This document shows positions 46,997 to 55,069 of a DNA stretch of 64,000 bases, piece after piece. Positions within the stretch are counted from its first letter, which is position 1. Every line of letters begins with the position of its first letter. The stretch covers positions 1 to 64,000 of the forward strand of contig CBDHHL010000045.1 of NCBI GenBank assembly GCA_965263355.1, in the 5' to 3' direction. Made by a program: the position numbers and the translations under genes. This DNA is from Leptolyngbyaceae cyanobacterium. GTDB taxonomy: Bacteria; Cyanobacteriota; Cyanobacteriia; Phormidesmidales; Phormidesmidaceae. The notes beneath the pieces were generated by a model. It ran no database searches, had not been told where the DNA came from, and saw only the letters and a list, made by a program, of their open reading frames with translations.

Positions 46997-48423
46997 TTTT
47001 TTAGGATGGAGAGTATAGCCATAACAATGCCATGAAGATGAAAAAACCCACAAAAATCATCCGTACCGACAAATGGACGCTTAATCCAACCACTGAACAG
47101 CGCCTGCTGTTTGGTGAAACGATTAAGATCTATCGTCGTGTGTGTCGGTATTTAGTGGGTATTGTCTTTACGCACTGGCCAGAGCTAGCACCGCTCACGG
47201 CAGATGAGAGAACATCAGCGGTTGAGCGTCTAATGCACGCAACCAGCAACCGCCCAGACGTGAAATACCCGCAAATCAACCGGGTGTTTCATAAGTTCCC
47301 CAGCTACTACCGTAGAGCCGCTATCACTTTCGCGATTGGCCAGGTTAGTAGCTACATGACCCGGTATCGTGACTGGCAGTGCGGGCAATCTCGCAAACGT
47401 CGAGATGCTAAACCCCCATTGCTAAACCCTGATGCTGGGTGCTATCCAGCGCTGTACAAAGGGCAGTGCTACAAGCTGCATGGCTTAGACAAGGTTGAGA
47501 TCAAGGTGTTCACCGGGTCTGATTGGGTTTGGACGATGGTTCAAATCACAGGGCTTAGGGATCGCCATGAGATAGCAGGTAACAAAATGCTGTCACCGTC
47601 ACTCATTCTCAATGCTAAGTCATGTCATTTATCGGTTCCGTTTCATTGCAAGCCAGTAAAGCGGAACCCTGACAAAAATGTGGTTGCTGTAGACCTTGGA
47701 ATAAATACTACAGCTACAGTTTCAGTCGTAACCCATTGCGGTACTGTAATCTATCGTGAATTTATTCACCCTGGAAGAGACATAGACCGTCGTGACAAAC
47801 GCCTAAAGTCTGTATCAATGAGAGCCAACAAGACGATGGGGAAAGGCGGCAAACTCCATAAAGGATTTTGCTCTAACACCTATCGTAAATGTCGGAACAT
47901 CAACACCCAGATTGGCCACATCGTTTCTAGGCGAATAGTTAACATAGCCAAAGACCACAACTCTGAAGCTATTGTCTTTGAGAACTTAAAAGGATGGAAA
48001 CCTAAGGGCGGCAAAAAGCGCTCTAACCTCCGTCAGCGGTTCCACGGATGGCTCAAAAGCAAGATTCGCGATTATACCGAAATGAAGTGGAAGGAACTTG
48101 GTGGCAAAGTCATAGATATCGTTGCCGCCTACACTTCGAAGCTTGCTTATGATGGCTCTGGAGTCGTGAAGCGTGACTCTAAAAACTACGCTTTAGCAAA
48201 ATTTTCTTCTGGCAAGCGGTATAACTGCGACCTCAATGGGAGTCAAAACATCGCAGCTAGAGGAATTCTTAAGCTCACTGACCGAAAGGATCGTGAGTTC
48301 CGCTCTAGCAAAAGTTCTAGACGGAAGCCCGGAAGCTGGGCTTGCTTATGTGACCTGTGGGTTAGGGATAACCTCAAGTTAGCATAAGACACCCCCATCC
48401 TCTTTAAGGTGGGGGAGCTTCAT
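46997..48423 (+). mobile_element. IS200/IS605-family tnpB-only element
   Basis: Right-end hairpin cccccatcctctttaaggtggggg followed by agcttcat; left boundary inferred from ORF restoration and uncertain by a few bp. Confidence 0.6.
47032..48387 (+). CDS. tnpB: TnpB-family RuvC nuclease (cyanobacterial type)
   Basis: AVDLG / IVFENL / NCDLNGS RuvC triad; IRTDKW N-terminus; Zn finger degenerate. Confidence 0.85.
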   Translation: MKMKKPTKIIRTDKWTLNPTTEQRLLFGETIKIYRRVCRYLVGIVFTHWPELAPLTADERTSAVERLMHATSNRPDVKYPQINRVFHKFPSYYRRAAITFAIGQVSSYMTRYRDWQCGQSRKRRDAKPPLLNPDAGCYPALYKGQCYKLHGLDKVEIKVFTGSDWVWTMVQITGLRDRHEIAGNKMLSPSLILNAKSCHLSVPFHCKPVKRNPDKNVVAVDLGINTTATVSVVTHCGTVIYREFIHPGRDIDRRDKRLKSVSMRANKTMGKGGKLHKGFCSNTYRKCRNINTQIGHIVSRRIVNIAKDHNSEAIVFENLKGWKPKGGKKRSNLRQRFHGWLKSKIRDYTEMKWKELGGKVIDIVAAYTSKLAYDGSGVVKRDSKNYALAKFSSGKRYNCDLNGSQNIAARGILKLTDRKDREFRSSKSSRRKPGSWACLCDLWVRDNLKLA

Positions 48424-48639
48424 TTGTCAAAGGGTTAGCAATGAACCTGACAAGACACTTCGCATCCAGGGCATAATCGATCCAGGGATGGCAGCCGCTA
48501 TTCGTTCCTATATGACGTTGGCTGGGGTCGACTCGCCAACATCAGCAGCGATCACGTTGCTCAGGAATTATTTATATAGTTCCGAGTATCAAAAGTATTT
48601 AGATAATGTAGCGTCACATCCACGAGATGACATTAGATC

Positions 48640-49359
48640 ATGAAAAATGATAGTTTAACACTACAGCTAGTGCGTATCCCTGGGGGCGTCTTTCTCATGG
48701 GATCGCCAGAGGATGAACCGGAGCGTTATGAGGACGAAGGCCCACAGCATGGGGTAACGGTGGAATCGTTTCTAATGGGCAAGTATCCAGTAACTCAAGC
48801 CGAATGGCGGGCGGTTGCAGCACTACCCCAAGTAGAACGCAATCTAGATGCTGATCCATCGTATTTTAAGGGCGATGACTGTCCTGTAGAGCAAGTATCT
48901 TGGTATGAGGCGATGGAATTTTGTGCTCGATTATCGGCCCACACAGGTCGTGAGTATCGCTTGCCTACTGAAGCCGAGTGGGAATATGCCTGTCGTGCTG
49001 GTACAACCACTCGCTATCACTTTGGCGATACCTTAACGTCAGAGCTAGCTAATTACGATGCTAATCAGACAACGGAGGTAGGTAGCTGTCCTCCCAATGC
49101 CTTTGGCTTGTACGACATGCATGGCAATGTCTGGGAGTGGTGTCAGGATCATTGGCATAAGAATTACAAGGGGGCACCAACGGATGGAAGCCCTTGGCTG
49201 ACAAAGGATTCAGATGCATATCGGGTACTGCGCGGCGGCTCGTGGTACTTCATTCCTAGGATTTGTCGCTCCGCCTCGCGCAACGACGATCGACCCGGCA
49301 ACCGCAACTTCTATATCGGTTTTCGAGTTGTTGCCAACGTTGCCGACAGAGAGATGTGA
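48640..49359 (+). CDS. Formylglycine-generating-enzyme (FGE-sulfatase/CLec fold) domain protein
   Basis: FLMGSP, YRLPTEAEWEYACRAG, NAFGLYDMHGNVWEWC and RGGSW...GFRVV motifs. Confidence 0.93.
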   Translation: MKNDSLTLQLVRIPGGVFLMGSPEDEPERYEDEGPQHGVTVESFLMGKYPVTQAEWRAVAALPQVERNLDADPSYFKGDDCPVEQVSWYEAMEFCARLSAHTGREYRLPTEAEWEYACRAGTTTRYHFGDTLTSELANYDANQTTEVGSCPPNAFGLYDMHGNVWEWCQDHWHKNYKGAPTDGSPWLTKDSDAYRVLRGGSWYFIPRICRSASRNDDRPGNRNFYIGFRVVANVADREM

Positions 49360-49425
49360 TCGCTCTACTGGCATAAAACGGCCTAGGGGAAGGCCAAGAT
49401 GTAAATCATAATGAGGGAATAACCA

Positions 49426-49689
49426 ATGAACGCTTACGACTATTACTTAAAACACTTCAGAGACGAGCTAGGTTTCACTCAAAGCCAGTCGGTGAAGGCT
49501 ATCGGCATCTGTGAAAAAGCTTCAGAACAAACAAGCAGGACCTGCGGAAGCTTTGTATTCGCAAGCTCTGAATTAGCTAGATTGTTCAGAGTATTCCCAT
49601 CGCAAAAGATGCTTCTAGAGCTTAGTCAGTTTGCAATGGCAGCGAATATATCTATGTCGTCTTTTATCCGTTTATCGACAGAAATATAA
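49426..49689 (+). CDS. Hypothetical protein
   Basis: ORF with RBS. Confidence 0.5.
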   Translation: MNAYDYYLKHFRDELGFTQSQSVKAIGICEKASEQTSRTCGSFVFASSELARLFRVFPSQKMLLELSQFAMAANISMSSFIRLSTEI

Positions 49690-49692
49690 TCC

Positions 49693-50040
49693 ATGATCCA
49701 CACACTGAACGAGTTAAGAATTGAATCGACTGAGAACTCAACTGAGTTAGAGATCGTGTTGCGTCAAAGCAACAGCTGCCTAACAATCAGCGCCAGCTCA
49801 ACTCAGAGGGGACTTGCCTGGGCGTTTGCGTCTTGTTTAAGCGAACTGATTGGGACTGACGTAGAGGTCCAGGTCACTGAAACCAATGTCTTGATTGGCG
49901 AATGTCTGCTGCCTGGGGATGCGCTTAGTTGGTTGACGACACTGGAGGAAACCATGAGCACGGGATTCTTGACTAGGAGAGAGAACAGAATTATCCCAGA
50001 GGCATGGAAAGATAGTTTTGCTGTATATGAGGACAGTTGA
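49693..50040 (+). CDS. Hypothetical protein
   Basis: ORF tightly spaced in the operon. Confidence 0.5.
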   Translation: MIHTLNELRIESTENSTELEIVLRQSNSCLTISASSTQRGLAWAFASCLSELIGTDVEVQVTETNVLIGECLLPGDALSWLTTLEETMSTGFLTRRENRIIPEAWKDSFAVYEDS

Positions 50041-50043
50041 ATA

Positions 50044-50355
50044 ATGAAAAAATTACCTGATGATCAATCATTTCCTTGCATTTTCATTGTCAGACAAAAT
50101 GGCCCTAAGGGCTCTTGGTACGAAAAAGGATGCGTAGGTCAGTCTTTTAGAGGGCTTTACGCCAGCCACCACAAAGAAGACACAAATATTTTGCTAACCA
50201 GTGAACGGCTCCTGGATGATGAACAGGGGATCGACTGTCCGCACGCTGGCTGGGTTTATTCAAAGGATGCCGACGTTGTTATGTGGACATCGCGACCCAT
50301 TCCTAACGCAGAGTATCGAGAGGGGCTGTCAGGACTTCAGTTAGAGGTGAAATGA
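50044..50355 (+). CDS. Hypothetical protein
   Basis: ORF tightly spaced in the operon. Confidence 0.5.
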   Translation: MKKLPDDQSFPCIFIVRQNGPKGSWYEKGCVGQSFRGLYASHHKEDTNILLTSERLLDDEQGIDCPHAGWVYSKDADVVMWTSRPIPNAEYREGLSGLQLEVK

Positions 50356-50555
50356 ATAATGAATGAAGACGAGTTGATCGCTTTAACTGAGAGTGCTATT
50401 TTTTCATTAAAGCTTTGTGCTGAAGCATAGCCAAAATCTTTATATAAAGCAGTCCAGCCTCCCCGCATTAGAACCCACTTACTTAGTAATTTATATGGAT
50501 TCTCGACTGCATCTAACAGTTGCTGAGGTGTGATCTCTTGGCTCATGTGCCTCAA
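50337..50555 (-). CDS. Hypothetical protein
   Basis: Downstream of a minus-strand TTGACA-N17-TATCTT promoter (50578-50606). Confidence 0.4.
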   Translation of the reverse strand: MRHMSQEITPQQLLDAVENPYKLLSKWVLMRGGWTALYKDFGYASAQSFNEKIALSVKAINSSSFIIHFTSN

Positions 50556-50622
50556 TAAAATTATTGATTACTATCAAAAGATAAGCGACTAAAGATAATT
50601 TGTCAAATCCTCAATAAAAGTG

Positions 50623-50651
50623 TTGACACTCAAAAATGTAGCGTATACAAT
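50623..50651 (+). promoter_or_regulatory. Sigma70-type promoter (one of a divergent pair)
   Basis: TTGACA-N17-TACAAT. Confidence 0.65.
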
Positions 50652-50664
50652 CAGGGCAAGTTAA

Positions 50665-51093
50665 GTGAGTAATGAGGTTTTTAAGATGGCAATCCAAGCG
50701 ATAATTAGAGACGAGTCAGAGCATCAATGGTATTTGATGAATGAAAAGATTCCCGATTATCGGGACGAAAATCCCCAACATATAAATAACTGGCATAAGT
50801 TCAGGCATTATCACTGTGAAGGTGACGGCAGGTTAGTTGGGTCAAGGCGAAAAAATATTTTTAAGTGGTTTACGATTCACGAACAACTGACTGATAGTGC
50901 GCTGAGAGCGCATAAAGAAGACGATGAATGGGGCGATCAATGCTATGTAGTCTGTCTATTTGACAGCTTGCAAGATATAAGTAATCGTGTGATGGATTCA
51001 AAAAATCCTCTTTTTCAGGAAGAGTTTTCAGATCTTTGTGCGGCTAACGCTTATATAAATTCACTGTTTTCAGAGGAAAACAGAATTGGCTAA
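50665..51093 (+). CDS. Hypothetical protein
   Basis: ORF after the promoter; probably starts at MAIQA. Confidence 0.55.
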   Translation: MSNEVFKMAIQAIIRDESEHQWYLMNEKIPDYRDENPQHINNWHKFRHYHCEGDGRLVGSRRKNIFKWFTIHEQLTDSALRAHKEDDEWGDQCYVVCLFDSLQDISNRVMDSKNPLFQEEFSDLCAANAYINSLFSEENRIG

Positions 51094-51198
51094 GGCCCCG
51101 CTTTCTGCGGTGGGAGCATGTCAATCATTGAGCCTTAATAAACCCGCTGCCAACCTAGACATCTTATATCGCGAAAGCAGCGGGCATACACACATTAT

Positions 51199-51232
51199 AA
51201 AGGCTCAGGATTTTATAAAATCCTGAGCCTTT
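51199..51232. other. Perfect 34-bp palindrome between convergent genes
   Basis: aaaggctcaggattttataaaatcctgagccttt, with no spacer. Confidence 0.9.
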
Positions 51233-51237
51233 TAGCA

Positions 51238-51372
51238 TTAAACCTTAGTAATTGTCGCCCCTGGATTATCGGCTTTTGCCTCTCTCAATGCTTGATCATA
51301 ATCTTGGTAAACGTATTCAACCGTTGGACCATTATTTATCTTGAACTTGAACGTCTGTAGCTTCTGCTTCAT
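51238..51372 (-). CDS. Small hypothetical protein (44 aa, not in the ORF track)
   Basis: MKQKLQTFKFKINNGPTVEYVYQDYDQALREAKADNPGATITKV. Confidence 0.4.
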   Translation of the reverse strand: MKQKLQTFKFKINNGPTVEYVYQDYDQALREAKADNPGATITKV

Positions 51373-51520
51373 AATCTTGACTCTTGCCGAACATTTCTAA
51401 TAACAATTTTTCTCGTGATACCCCTGATTGTTTTTGAGCTTTTTTAGCCGCTTCCGCAAGCGCTAAATCTATGCTTCTATCTGCAATTAGACTGCTTAAT
51501 ATTTCCATGAATTCCTTCGT

Positions 51521-51712
51521 TTACAGCGTTCCAAGATATTCTCCCGTCGCTATAGCGACAACAATCTCACGTTGTTCTTGAGTCTCGACCGGCATTTTTG
51601 TTATGGCTGCATACTGACGGATTGCCAGGTTTAGCGCCGTTGGCTCTGTGGCTGTAGCGATCGTTTTAGCTACAAATTCTCGCCATTCTTTAGAACTAAG
51701 GACTTTAGCCAT
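51521..51712 (-). CDS. Hypothetical protein
   Basis: Coupled small ORF. Confidence 0.5.
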   Translation of the reverse strand: MAKVLSSKEWREFVAKTIATATEPTALNLAIRQYAAITKMPVETQEQREIVVAIATGEYLGTL

Positions 51713-51917
51713 GATTAGTTAATGCTTGCAAAATTTTCATTTTTGTCTCATCATCAACACCTTGAAGTTGATCAACTAAATCAGGCATCAACAAATCAAT
51801 TTTTTCTTGCTTGCTTAACCCTGTCGGCAGGGTCGGCCTAGTAGCTGTCAAAAGCTTTTTATTAATTGGCCTTCTTTCTTTTGGTTGCCATGCTTCAATC
51901 GTCATGATCAACCCCAA
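51705..51917 (-). CDS. Hypothetical protein
   Basis: Coupled small ORF. Confidence 0.5.
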   Translation of the reverse strand: MGLIMTIEAWQPKERRPINKKLLTATRPTLPTGLSKQEKIDLLMPDLVDQLQGVDDETKMKILQALTNHG

Positions 51918-52081
51918 TTACTAGAAACGCGTTGCATTAACCCAGACATAACCACTTTTGCGTACCAATCTGGGGGATATTCTTGCCCCCTGGCCTTTTT
52001 GATGTCGTCACAGACTTTATTCCAATCATCCTCAGTCGCAGCTTCACGCAAAGACTGAATCTCTTTTTCGGTGATATTCAT
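51908..52081 (-). CDS. Hypothetical phage protein
   Basis: Start MNITEKE with ggag RBS; WNKVCDDIKKARG..YPPDWY. Confidence 0.6.
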   Translation of the reverse strand: MNITEKEIQSLREAATEDDWNKVCDDIKKARGQEYPPDWYAKVVMSGLMQRVSSNWG

Positions 52082-52120
52082 ATTATTTTCTCCGTTGTCA
52101 ACTTCCTTTTTTTCAGGGAA

Positions 52121-52216
52121 AGCGCTCTGCAGGATTTGAACCCACAACTTTCCGTGTTGATGCCTTAATCTAGAATCAGGCGATCGCGGGTGTTCTACCA
52201 ATTGAACTAAGAGCGC
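52121..52216 (-). ncRNA. tRNA-like RNA with a 40-nt extended anticodon arm
   Basis: Acceptor GCGCTCT/AGAGCGC, T8-A9, D-arm GTTC-AATTGGTA-GAAC, 5-nt variable loop, T-arm GTGGG-TTCAAAT-CCTGC; arm tip loop TTCTAGA. Confidence 0.75.
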
Positions 52217-52269
52217 AAGGCTGGACATTGAGTCCAGCGACTAAGGTTATTCTGTTACTTCTTGAATAA

Positions 52270-52500
52270 TTAGTTCCATCCTCCAATATCTAAAACTGGT
52301 CCATTATAATTTGAATTTTTCAACTCTTTATAAGCTGGTTGGCAAGTGTCAAACCAGTGGGAATAAGAAACAACACTAAAACAGTTTTTCGTAGCTTGCT
52401 GCATCTCCCCCACACCTTGCACTCCATTGACGAAGCCTGGTAGGTTCCCGTGCTTTGCCCTTATTTCTTGAAGATGCTTAATCATGTCGTCTAAATTCAT
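52270..52500 (-). CDS. Hypothetical phage protein
   Basis: MNLDDMIKHLQEIRAKHGNLP N-terminus; gaggagga RBS. Confidence 0.6.
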   Translation of the reverse strand: MNLDDMIKHLQEIRAKHGNLPGFVNGVQGVGEMQQATKNCFSVVSYSHWFDTCQPAYKELKNSNYNGPVLDIGGWN

Positions 52501-52741
52501 TGGTCATCCTCCTCGCAATAAACGTCTATCCTTGGCCAAAGAACAACATACAAAGCAGTTAATACAAGGGATGCCGCCAAGATTACGATCCCTATCCGCA
52601 GAAGTTGTTTATAATCTTCGATCGCTTCCTCGTGAGTCGCGAAACATCGGTCAGATACTAAAAACTTTGTCTTCTAGGTCCAAAAACCGTCTGAAGACTG
52701 GAAATATGTAACTTGATCCACTGCTACAATTCCTATTCGTT

Positions 52742-53068
52742 TTACTGATCAGAAAAAGCTAAATGTATTTTCAGTAAATCTGAAAGATGTTGTTTTTCAA
52801 TTTCTAGAAGAGCTTTTTCGTTATTTTTTTGACACAATTCAGCGTCGAGATTGATATATTCTTCGTTTGTGCTTGTTAGATGGCTTAATGCAGCTTTGCG
52901 AGCGTCTGCATTTTTTAACGTTTTATCACTATTAACTTCCTGGCTTAATTCAGCAAGCTTTAGTGACATCGCTTTATTGATGCCAGTAATTAGAATAGAT
53001 GCCGCTAATATATCTAACCTAATCTGACGCAAGTTATCAGCTAGATCAATGCATTCGTTTTTCATCAC
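52742..53068 (-). CDS. Coiled-coil hypothetical protein
   Basis: DKTLKNADARKA motif. Confidence 0.55.
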   Translation of the reverse strand: MMKNECIDLADNLRQIRLDILAASILITGINKAMSLKLAELSQEVNSDKTLKNADARKAALSHLTSTNEEYINLDAELCQKNNEKALLEIEKQHLSDLLKIHLAFSDQ

Positions 53069-53406
53069 AATTCCTCTCTTAGTTGTTCAATAAACTCTCT
53101 AATGCCTTGTTCATTCCTGGTGTAATCGACGAAACTCGACCGTCTTACACCAGTCACAAGACCCGCAGCTTCTAACTGCCTCAAATGCCTAGAAGCCGTA
53201 GGATGATGCACCCCTAACGCGATCGCAACCTGACCGCTAGTGAGCACGCCTTGTCTTTTCAGCACTTGCATCACTTCTAGTCGGCCAGGGTTAGCAAGCG
53301 CTGAAAGACAATCATGTACGCTCACAAAGAATCTCAGCTGCCTTTTTAGACAACTGTTCGAAACTGCCGTAATACAACGTCTGATGGTTTGAATACCCCA
53401 AGTCAA
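53065..53406 (-). CDS. ArsR/SmtB-family HTH regulator
   Basis: ALANPGRLEVM...ASRHLRQLEAAGLV; true start probably near VHDCLS. Confidence 0.85.
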   Translation of the reverse strand: MTWGIQTIRRCITAVSNSCLKRQLRFFVSVHDCLSALANPGRLEVMQVLKRQGVLTSGQVAIALGVHHPTASRHLRQLEAAGLVTGVRRSSFVDYTRNEQGIREFIEQLREEL

Positions 53407-53547
53407 GGCAATACTTACTTGTGATAACAGGGTTCCAATTAAGTTCTATGTGCCCCTGGTAGCCTTTCTCTGGCAGATAAATAGACCAGGAATCGTCCCC
53501 CATCTTTTTTAACGTCATTTTCCTTTTTTGGAAAGTGTTCAATTCCA

Positions 53548-53576
53548 ATTATGGATGTTACTTCCAAATCTGTCAA
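53548..53576 (-). promoter_or_regulatory. Sigma70-type promoter
   Basis: TTGACA-N17-CATAAT. Confidence 0.55.
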
Positions 53577-53578
53577 CA

Positions 53579-53932
53579 CTAAATTGCCGCAAATTGTTTA
53601 ATTGATTGATTAATCTGCTCTCGCTTCTGCCAAAGGCTGCCTAGCCTTTTGGACTGTTTTTTCTCTAGCCAAACACCATGCTCAAGATAGTAGCTAATTT
53701 CATGAGCCTTTAGCCCTCTATGGGCCAAAATCTTTTCTAATGCCTGAAAAGAAAAGTCGTCTAGTTGCTTAACATAATTGCCAGAACGCCAAGCCGCAAT
53801 TGTTTGATGACTTGCTAGTCCATCGCAGCGATCGCTTAGGTCTCGAACCGTTGCATCAATTCCAGCTGCTTTAAGTATCTTTTTCGATAGCAGCTCTGAT
53901 AATCTTTGTTTATATTGCGTTGATGCTCTCAT
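53579..53932 (-). CDS. Putative HTH DNA-binding protein
   Basis: TVRDLSDRC..LASHQTIAAWRSG. Confidence 0.45.
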   Translation of the reverse strand: MRASTQYKQRLSELLSKKILKAAGIDATVRDLSDRCDGLASHQTIAAWRSGNYVKQLDDFSFQALEKILAHRGLKAHEISYYLEHGVWLEKKQSKRLGSLWQKREQINQSIKQFAAI

Positions 53933-53942
53933 GGCCGTTAAA

Positions 53943-54794
53943 CTATGAAACTAAAACTTTCAGGCTAATTATTTCGATGGGGGGAAGTGCCCCTAGTGAC
54001 AACATACCCTGCTTACATTCATAAGCAAGGCTCAAATCAGGCTTACTTGCTAAATTTACTCCTCTGTAAATAGTATTTACAGATTCCTTTGATTCTAGGA
54101 TATCAAATTGTTTGGGAGGTCGCAGTAAATCAATTAAGTATTTTGCTGAACCATCGCTTAAGTTATCGGCTTTATCGCCGACTGCTATTTTCCATCGCCA
54201 AACATCATCACATCTAAATGATTGATAGCTAGGCAATGCCCACCATTTCTGACGTTTCTTAGATTGCTGGTTCCATTTGCTACACAACCAATTAAATATC
54301 TCTTCTCGGCTTCGAACCCGTGGAGGATGGTTGCGAGTATTTAGCCAAAAAATATCAGGCTCTTGAACTAAGCCATGCCAGTCACTATCAACGGTGGCCA
54401 AATAAATCTGATCGATCAATCCTGAGCTGCTATTTAGCCATAGCCGAACAATAGCAGCGGCTACGTCGTCGGCTTCTTGTGATTTTATATCAATCAAAGA
54501 AGCACTGCTGCTTAATATGCCCTCCATCGCAGTATGGAATGATGCGGGTTTAGGTTTGCGGCCTGCTTTGTAATCGGGGAATAGCTGATTACGCCAGTAG
54601 GGCTTAGAGTCAATTGCCCAAACGCATTTACCAGTTGATTGCAACGCGGGAATCCAGCCTAGTGAATTAACCCATTCTGCCGCCATGTAGGCGTAGGCTT
54701 TAGCATTAGCTTCGGTTAGACTCGCCTTGTCAATCTGTGCCGACATTTGGAAGGCGATCACAGACGTATCAACAACAATTAGGTTATTCATCAT
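53943..54794 (-). CDS. 5'-3' exonuclease (FEN/T5-like)
   Basis: VVDTS, DSKPYWR...YKAGR, EADD, DSDW and GDKADN acidic motifs. Confidence 0.85.
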   Translation of the reverse strand: MMNNLIVVDTSVIAFQMSAQIDKASLTEANAKAYAYMAAEWVNSLGWIPALQSTGKCVWAIDSKPYWRNQLFPDYKAGRKPKPASFHTAMEGILSSSASLIDIKSQEADDVAAAIVRLWLNSSSGLIDQIYLATVDSDWHGLVQEPDIFWLNTRNHPPRVRSREEIFNWLCSKWNQQSKKRQKWWALPSYQSFRCDDVWRWKIAVGDKADNLSDGSAKYLIDLLRPPKQFDILESKESVNTIYRGVNLASKPDLSLAYECKQGMLSLGALPPIEIISLKVLVS

Positions 54795-55069
54795 TAAAAA
54801 AATATTTTTGGACTATTTTGATCCAGCTTCCAAGTACTTGGGATTAATGCAGGGCCGCCATCGCTCCAACCGACAGGGATGACAGGAAAGGAGCACTCAG
54901 AAGCTTTGCAACTATTACTTAACGGGTTCCCCTGCATCAAAGCTGACGGTCTATAACCAGGAAAAACGGCCCAGATAAACCCATCAGCACGAGAAAATAC
55001 AAGGTAGTAGTGACCGAGAATATTGACATAATCACCAATATTGCCGCGTAGATTGAATTTCACGATCAA
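54794..55069 (-). CDS. Hypothetical protein
   Basis: Coupled ORF. Confidence 0.5.
   Translation of the reverse strand: MIVKFNLRGNIGDYVNILGHYYLVFSRADGFIWAVFPGYRPSALMQGNPLSNSCKASECSFPVIPVGWSDGGPALIPSTWKLDQNSPKIFF

Noticed and set aside
48640..49425. Complete diversity-generating retroelement
   Set aside because: No reverse transcriptase, Avd or template repeat seen in the window; reported only as a possible remote target
52121..52216. Ordinary tRNA with a 37/38 intron (TCG anticodon)
   Set aside because: Removing 23 nt there leaves a stem with two C-A mismatches and no U33
52082..52228. N-terminal extension of ORF 51908-52228
   Set aside because: Overlaps the tRNA-like RNA; an RBS and ATG at 52081 fit better
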